33,222 bases of DNA, taken from a candidate division WOR-3 bacterium (GTDB taxonomy: Bacteria > Hydrothermota > Tepidihabitantia > Tepidihabitantales > Tepidihabitantaceae). Positions 27,267 through 33,222 of this stretch are shown piece by piece. Each line of letters opens with the position of its first letter. Positions within the stretch are counted from its first letter, which is position 1. A program made the position numbers and the translations under genes. The stretch spans positions 1 through 33,222 of the forward strand of contig JBDRUH010000014.1 in NCBI GenBank assembly GCA_039801225.1. The letters are read 5' to 3'. The notes under the pieces were generated by a model. It saw only the letters and a list, made by a program, of their open reading frames with translations, was not told the DNA's origin and did not search any database.

Positions 27267-28658
27267 GTGATAGCGCAGATTCAAAAATGTCTGAAGAACC
27301 TCGGACGAGTTTACAACCGACTACTTGAGGTCAAAAAAGACCGGCAGGTTTTCCTGGTGGGTGGTGCCATCCGGGACATTATACTTAATCGCCCGCCGGT
27401 TGACTTTGACTTTGCGGTATCCGGTTCTGGAATTAAATTTGCTCTTGAGTTTGCCCAAAAGATTCGGGCGAAGTTCATCATCCTTTCTGAGACAGAGGAC
27501 GAAGCCCGGGTGGTGTATCGGAAAAGATTTATTTTTGACTTTAACGGCTTAGGCGATAAGGGAATTGAGTCTGACCTTCTCCGCCGCGACTTCACCATCA
27601 ATGCCATCGCCTTCCCCATTCCGCATTCCGCATTAAATATTCCGCATTCTGCAATAGACCCGTTTGGCGGACAGACCGACATCAATAGAAAACTCATCCG
27701 TCCGGTGTCGGAGCAATCGCTTGCCCTTGACCCGCTCCGGCTTTTGCGCGCAATCCGTCTGGCATTAGAACTCGGATTTACTATCCACGATTCGGTTTAT
27801 GAGCAGGGAAAGGCAATAACCCTAAAAAACATTGCTGCCGAGCGGCTCGGAATGGAATTTTTGCGCATTCTTGAAGCGCCCAACTCTTACCCTTACCTAA
27901 AAAAACTCCATCAACTCAATCGGCTTGGCGAGATATTCCCAGAACTGGTCCCATTATTAGAGGATGATGAGTTGTGCGAACACACCTTCCGCACCGTCTT
28001 TAAGATAGAGGAACTCCTCAACCAACCAGGTTTTTTTGCCCGGTTTGAACCGGAATGGCAAAATTATTTTTCTTCTATCCCGTATCGCCGGGCGCTTTTG
28101 AAACTCGCCGGACTGCTTCATGACATCGCCAAACCCCACACCCGTTTTACCAACGACTCCGGTGATGTCCACTTCTATGGTCACGACAGTCTCGGAGCAA
28201 AACTTACCACGATAATCGGCAATACCAGATTGCGCCTCTCCCGGACTCAAATCAAAGTTGTCCGGACCTTGGTCAAAGAGCATATGCGACTGCATCTTTT
28301 GGCTACGGCACCGGAACTTACCGACCGGGCAATTCGGCGTTATTTCCGCGACCTTGGTGAAGAGGCTTTTGGGTTAATGCTCCTCTGCTATGCTGATGGC
28401 TGGGCAACCGCTAAAAGGACTACCCACTTAGAAAAAACGCTCACCCGAATGATAGAGCAACAACGGACCGAGGCGGCAAAGGCAAAAATTAAACGACTGA
28501 TCACCGGCGACGATTTAATCGCCTTGGGAATGAAACCAGGACCGGTATTCAAAGTGATTCTCCAGGAACTGGAAGACCAGCAGATTGAAGGGAAGTTCAC
28601 CACTAAAGAAGAAGGGTTGAACTACCTTAAGGAGTATCTTTCCCGAATGGGCAAGTGA
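27267..28658 (+). CDS. tRNA nucleotidyltransferase with HD domain, probably CC-adding type
   Basis: LVGGAIRD..DFDF, DLLRRDFTINAIA, DPLRLLRA, ERL, LLHDIAK, FYGH. Start placed at GTG 27267 after the promoter. Confidence 0.88.
   Translation: MIAQIQKCLKNLGRVYNRLLEVKKDRQVFLVGGAIRDIILNRPPVDFDFAVSGSGIKFALEFAQKIRAKFIILSETEDEARVVYRKRFIFDFNGLGDKGIESDLLRRDFTINAIAFPIPHSALNIPHSAIDPFGGQTDINRKLIRPVSEQSLALDPLRLLRAIRLALELGFTIHDSVYEQGKAITLKNIAAERLGMEFLRILEAPNSYPYLKKLHQLNRLGEIFPELVPLLEDDELCEHTFRTVFKIEELLNQPGFFARFEPEWQNYFSSIPYRRALLKLAGLLHDIAKPHTRFTNDSGDVHFYGHDSLGAKLTTIIGNTRLRLSRTQIKVVRTLVKEHMRLHLLATAPELTDRAIRRYFRDLGEEAFGLMLLCYADGWATAKRTTHLEKTLTRMIEQQRTEAAKAKIKRLITGDDLIALGMKPGPVFKVILQELEDQQIEGKFTTKEEGLNYLKEYLSRMGK
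27618..27652 (+). repeat. Heptamer tandem (ATTCCGC)n inside the CDS
   Basis: ATTCCGC ATTCCGC ATTAAAT ATTCCGC ATTCTGC, encoding IPHSALNIPHSA. Confidence 0.85.
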
Positions 28659-31600
28659 TGAGAAGGAATAAATCCGAAATCCTAACCCCCCACCACTCCG
28701 CCTTACGCCTTTTCTTACTACCACTTATTTTCTCTATTGTCTTTGCTAATAGAACTGTAAAAACATTTACCTTCTCCACCCAAGGGGTTTTTGCCCGAAA
28801 TACGCCCGCCGGGATGGTCTTCAACCTACCTGAAGGAGAACATATTTCGCCACCCGGCGCGCCTGCCCTTCCGACAATAGGTATTACTTACCCAATATCT
28901 GCCGGTAATATCGCGGCAGGTGTCAAAATTGTCAATGTTGAATATGAAACTCTACCTGGCTTTTTTTCTGTTGCCCCAACTCAGCCGCCAGCGATTCTTT
29001 CCCTACCACCCCCCAAGCCAGTAGGAAGAAACCAGGCAATATATGATGATATTAACCCCTATCCAAAAGAAATCTGCCGTTTGGTCGGTAACGGTTATCA
29101 GCGAAGAAAGCCTATAGCCTCAATTCTGATAAACCCGCTGCAATTTTTACCTCTTGAAGGACGGGTTAGACTAATAAAAAAATTGGACATTGCTTTAGAA
29201 TACCAGAACCAAAGGGATAAAGGTAAAGAGTGGGCAGAAAATGGTCCTTTAGAGTATCTTATTGTTACCAACTCAACCCTTGATACGATATTTGCCGAAC
29301 TTCTCTCCTGGCGACACAAAACCGGTTTTAATGGTAAAATCCGACTCATTGAGTGGATTACCGCCCATTATCCAGGACGGGATGAGCCGGAAAAACTCCG
29401 TAACTATCTGAAAATCTGCGCTCAAGACTCGGGTTTAAAATGGCTGTTATTGGGTGGTGATGTTGAGATTATTCCGGTTCGGAAGGCTTTTGCAATGACC
29501 TGTTCTGCTGGAATTCATCCCCGGGAGGACTCCTTGCCCTGCGACCTTTACTATTCTGACCTTGATGGGAATTGGGATTTCAACAATAATAATATCTTCG
29601 GTGAAACCGCCGATTCGGTTGACCTCTATCCTGATATTTTTGTTGGCAGAGTGCCGGTGAAAACCCCTCAAGAAGCCCGAGGTTTTCTAAATAAACTCCT
29701 CGCCTACGAGAAAGGGGTTATTAACGGTTATCAAACCCGCACGATATTTTCCGCCGCGGTCCTCTGGGAACAGCCTTATACCGACGAAGGCATTGCCAAA
29801 GACCTGATTGAAGAACAATATTTCCCAGAAGGATTCAATCCGGTTTATAAACTATACGAGTCACGAATGGCGGTTACCACCGACACCGCCAAGTCACTAT
29901 TTAATCTTGGCTGGGGCATTTTCAACCACTGCGGTCACGGCTGGATTGATGTTATCGCTCTTGGTCACCAGGCTTATCTCAGAAATCAGGATGTTGACGA
30001 ACTGTCCAACGCCAACCTGCCGGGAATCGGCTACTCAATCGGCTGCTGGACAACCGCATTTGACTACGACGCCATTGCCGAACACTTCCTCACCAATCTT
30101 AAAGGGGGTGGGGTCGCATTTCTCGGCAACTCCTCTTATGGCTGGGGTTCACCAGGAAATCCCGGTTTTGGTTATTCCGACCGTTTTGACCAAATATTCT
30201 TTGCCGAGGTTTTTAACTCTCCCTCACCGCGGATTGGTGAAATACTTGCTCAGACCAAGACTCATTTCATCCCTTATAGTTATGAGGCAAATGTCTACCG
30301 CTGGCACCAGTTCTGCCTAAACCTCCTTGGCGACCCGGCGATGCCTGTTCATACCGATACCTTAAAAACTATGTTTGCTCACTCACCTCATTATCTTCCA
30401 TTAGGAAAAAATCCTATCCGGATAACGGTATTTGATGACAATGGACCGGTTATTGGTGCTCAGGTTTGCATTTCTCAAGATGAAGAAATTTATGCCCGGG
30501 GCAAAACCGGAGAGGATGGTGCAGTTATCCTCCAACCAGATTTCCCTTTCCCGGGTATAGCGAACCTGACCGTTACCGCACCAAACCATAAACCGTTAGA
30601 AAAATCAATTCCCATCGCCTCTGGACCAAACCTATCACTGACCCGAGTTCGGCTCATCAATCCCACCGGTGATACCACTACCACTCTTTCTCCTGACGAC
30701 ACCTTCTCTTTACTTTTAACGGTCCGCAACATTGGCACAACCCGAACCACCGGTCTGGGCTGTTGCCTCTTTACCGAATCGCCATTGATAACCATTCATA
30801 AGAACACCGGCTCGCTACCATCCCTGACACCAGATAGCGAGGTCTCTGCCCGACTTTTTCTCCTCTCCTGTTCCCCTCTTGCCTCCAACGGTCAATTTGC
30901 CCTCGCTTGGCTAACTTTAACCGACTCCACCGGCTTCTCCGGCCAGTTCCCTTTGACCCTAACGGTCGCTCTCCCCTATCTTAAAATAACCGGTTTTTCC
31001 TTCATTAGAACTTTTAATGATACCGTCTTACTCTACCTTCAGGTAGCAAATAACGGGCTTGCTCTGGCGAAATCACCTACCGGAACGATATTTGACGCCC
31101 GTTATGGAGAACCAAATAGCCCTCATTTTTACCCCTTGACCCCTGGCTTTATTCTCCCCAACATCTCTCCTAAGGAAACCGCCTGGTCACTAACTCCTGC
31201 CCAATTTATCCCCTCCTCGCCCAATTTTGTTTTAGGCGTCAATATTGCTACCGGCGGCAAAATTTATAGCGACACAATTAATCTGGTTTTACAAGGAACC
31301 GGGTTAAGCGAGTCTTTTGATAATGGTGCTGAAGGCTGGACCACCGCTGGTTTCAAAGGAAACTGGCACCTCTCAACAAAAAGATGCCACTCTCCACCAT
31401 ACTCCTACTATATCGGTGAAGATACGGGCGGCTATTTAGACTCCTGTTGTGCCTGGCTTATCTCGCCCTCCTTTTTCCTCCCATCCCGAGCCGAGTTAAA
31501 ATTCTATCGCTGGTTTTCTGTCCCAACCTATGGCGTGGATGGGCTCTATGTAATCTTAATCACCCAAAAGGGTGAAGATACCCTTGACTTCATCGGTAGT

Positions 31601-32095
31601 GGCGGCGCGCTCGGATTAACTCCTGCCGGATTGACATCCGAATGGCTTCCCCAAATTTATGACCTCTCCCATTTCCCTTCAGGTGAATCCTGCCGGCTGA
31701 AGTTTCTTTTTGTCTCAGATAACGACAAAAGAACTGGCGAGGGTTTTTATATTGATGACATCCAGGTTACCTCGGCGATATCTTTTTCTTCTCCTCTCCC
31801 GGAAACCACCCAAATCCTTTCTCTATTTCCTAATCCGGTAAAAAGCCGCACGACCATAATCTTCTCCATTGCCTCGCCGCAATTGGTTCGCCTCGTCCTT
31901 TTTGACATTACCGGCAGAAAGGTTCGCACCCTATTGAAAGAAAGAAAGCCCATTGGCTACTATGCAATTCCCTGGGATGGCAAAGACGATGATGGGAGAA
32001 CCTCTCCTCCGGGCGTATACATTCTCCAGATATTCGGCGAGGAAGAAAGTACCAGGCAGATGATTCGCTCAAGAAAAATCGTCAAGATAAAATAA
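28655..32095 (+). CDS. Gingipain-like C25 cysteine peptidase with propeptide, Ig-like domains and FlgD/T9SS-like C-terminus
   Basis: YLIVT, LLLGGD, DLYY, VGRVP, NHCGHG (His), IGCW (Cys), NLLGDP; C-terminal FPNP...WDGKDDDG...PGVY. Confidence 0.92.
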   Translation: MMRRNKSEILTPHHSALRLFLLPLIFSIVFANRTVKTFTFSTQGVFARNTPAGMVFNLPEGEHISPPGAPALPTIGITYPISAGNIAAGVKIVNVEYETLPGFFSVAPTQPPAILSLPPPKPVGRNQAIYDDINPYPKEICRLVGNGYQRRKPIASILINPLQFLPLEGRVRLIKKLDIALEYQNQRDKGKEWAENGPLEYLIVTNSTLDTIFAELLSWRHKTGFNGKIRLIEWITAHYPGRDEPEKLRNYLKICAQDSGLKWLLLGGDVEIIPVRKAFAMTCSAGIHPREDSLPCDLYYSDLDGNWDFNNNNIFGETADSVDLYPDIFVGRVPVKTPQEARGFLNKLLAYEKGVINGYQTRTIFSAAVLWEQPYTDEGIAKDLIEEQYFPEGFNPVYKLYESRMAVTTDTAKSLFNLGWGIFNHCGHGWIDVIALGHQAYLRNQDVDELSNANLPGIGYSIGCWTTAFDYDAIAEHFLTNLKGGGVAFLGNSSYGWGSPGNPGFGYSDRFDQIFFAEVFNSPSPRIGEILAQTKTHFIPYSYEANVYRWHQFCLNLLGDPAMPVHTDTLKTMFAHSPHYLPLGKNPIRITVFDDNGPVIGAQVCISQDEEIYARGKTGEDGAVILQPDFPFPGIANLTVTAPNHKPLEKSIPIASGPNLSLTRVRLINPTGDTTTTLSPDDTFSLLLTVRNIGTTRTTGLGCCLFTESPLITIHKNTGSLPSLTPDSEVSARLFLLSCSPLASNGQFALAWLTLTDSTGFSGQFPLTLTVALPYLKITGFSFIRTFNDTVLLYLQVANNGLALAKSPTGTIFDARYGEPNSPHFYPLTPGFILPNISPKETAWSLTPAQFIPSSPNFVLGVNIATGGKIYSDTINLVLQGTGLSESFDNGAEGWTTAGFKGNWHLSTKRCHSPPYSYYIGEDTGGYLDSCCAWLISPSFFLPSRAELKFYRWFSVPTYGVDGLYVILITQKGEDTLDFIGSGGALGLTPAGLTSEWLPQIYDLSHFPSGESCRLKFLFVSDNDKRTGEGFYIDDIQVTSAISFSSPLPETTQILSLFPNPVKSRTTIIFSIASPQLVRLVLFDITGRKVRTLLKERKPIGYYAIPWDGKDDDGRTSPPGVYILQIFGEEESTRQMIRSRKIVKIK

Positions 32096-32096
32096 T

Positions 32097-33047
32097 ATGA
32101 GTATTACCCACGGCTATGTTTATGGTCCGGTCCCCTCCCGGCGGCTCGGTCTTTCGCTCGGGATAAACATCATACCGAAAAAGACCTGCACCTTAAACTG
32201 CATTTATTGCCAGATAGGCAGGACAACCAAAATGACCCTAACTCGCCAGTCATTCTTTCCGATTGAGGAAATCATTCAAGAAGTCCGGTCGGCGGTAAAA
32301 GGAAAACGCATTGACTTTCTCACCTTCTCGGGCGAAGGTGAACCGACCTTAAACAAGGATATCGGCAGAATTATCAGGCGGTTAAAAGCCGAGTTTTCCA
32401 TTCCCGTTGCGGTTATCACCAACTCCACCCTGTTATTTGACCCAAAAGTGCGCCGCGACCTTTATCCCGCTGATGTTGTCGTCCCTTCGCTTGATGCTGC
32501 GGACCAGGAGACCTTTCGCCGGGTGAACCGCTGCCACCGCCAACTGAGTATCAACAAAATTATTGCCGGTCTCAAAACATTCCGTCGCTACTATCGGGGC
32601 AGGCTCTATTTGGAAATTATGTTAGTAAAAGATATCAATGACTCTCCAGAACACCTGATGAAACTCCGCTGGCTCGCCTACGAGATTCAGCCCGACCGGG
32701 TTCATCTGAACACCGTTGTCCGTCCGCCTACAGAAAAATTTGCCCTTCCCCTCTCCCCTGACGACCTGAACCAGGTGAAGATGCTCTTTGGCCCCGAGGC
32801 GGAAATTGTCCAGTCAAGACTACCAACAACAAATGTAGGGCAAGGCTTTAGCCTTGCTTTTCCTCAAGGAGAATTAGAAAAGGTAATATTAGCCACCGTG
32901 AACAACCGCCCGGTTACCGAAGATGACCTCATCTACTCCTTGGGAATTTCTAGGGAAAAGTTAAAACCGCTCCTCAAGATGCTAATAAAAGAAAAAAAAT
33001 TAAAACCGGTAAAATTTGCCGGTAAGACATTCTACGAACCTGGATAA
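32097..33047 (+). CDS. Radical SAM protein (TYW1-like, COG0731 type)
   Basis: YGPVPSRRLGLSLG, CTLNCIYC, FSGEGEPTL, ITNS, SLDA, RPP. Confidence 0.9.
   Translation: MSITHGYVYGPVPSRRLGLSLGINIIPKKTCTLNCIYCQIGRTTKMTLTRQSFFPIEEIIQEVRSAVKGKRIDFLTFSGEGEPTLNKDIGRIIRRLKAEFSIPVAVITNSTLLFDPKVRRDLYPADVVVPSLDAADQETFRRVNRCHRQLSINKIIAGLKTFRRYYRGRLYLEIMLVKDINDSPEHLMKLRWLAYEIQPDRVHLNTVVRPPTEKFALPLSPDDLNQVKMLFGPEAEIVQSRLPTTNVGQGFSLAFPQGELEKVILATVNNRPVTEDDLIYSLGISREKLKPLLKMLIKEKKLKPVKFAGKTFYEPG
32834..32858 (+). repeat. GTAG-type REP in frame inside the radical SAM gene
   Basis: TGTAGGGCAAGGC-TTTA-GCCTTGCT, encoding NVGQGFSLA. Confidence 0.85.
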
Positions 33048-33140
33048 AACATCGTCCTCTGTTATCAGCCGACGGCCGTCTTTGGAGGTTTTGTAAAGAT
33101 ATATACATGTGCGCAGGTCTGCCCCGAAACCACGGAAAGA

Positions 33141-33166
33141 GATTCCTCCACTTCGGTCGGAATGAC
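33141..33166 (-). repeat. CGTC/GTCATT-type palindromic repeat
   Basis: GATTCCTCCACTTCGGTCGGAATGAC; shorter version of 18323-18358. Confidence 0.75.
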
Positions 33167-33222
33167 AGGGGACGAGGGACTCAGAACGTCAGGAAAAGCT
33201 CCTTAGCTCAGTACAACAAGGC

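Overview
Bacterial chromosomal window. The many secreted proteins with T9SS/FlgD-like C-terminal domains, a gingipain-like C25 peptidase and a V-type ATPase suggest an FCB-adjacent lineage such as WOR-3 (inference only). The backbone is housekeeping: tRNA-Met, ilvE, rpiB, SLBB export protein, prsW, fsa, plsX, rpmF, tRNA-Sec, porin, tsaB, NYN, coaX, birA, dat, V-ATPase H/I/K/E, a tRNA nucleotidyltransferase, C25 peptidase and a radical SAM protein. The most unusual part is 1571-6977, an integrase-free segment bounded by an exact 77-bp direct repeat that includes the rpiB 3' end. It carries three leftward secreted/surface genes. Upstream of them lie a perfect sigma70 promoter, a probable leaderless leader ORF with a (CAGA)10 microsatellite whose length sets where the leader stops, and a hairpin-rich spacer. 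An intact IS481/IS1202-like element with an 8-bp target duplication abuts the -35 box. Elsewhere the window shows recurrent -35/16 bp/-10 promoters with near-leaderless starts, GTAG- and CGTC-type palindromic repeats and heptamer tandems inside ORFs, a probable CC-adding enzyme and a truncated Na+-type V-ATPase operon. No CRISPR array, rRNA or phage genes were seen.
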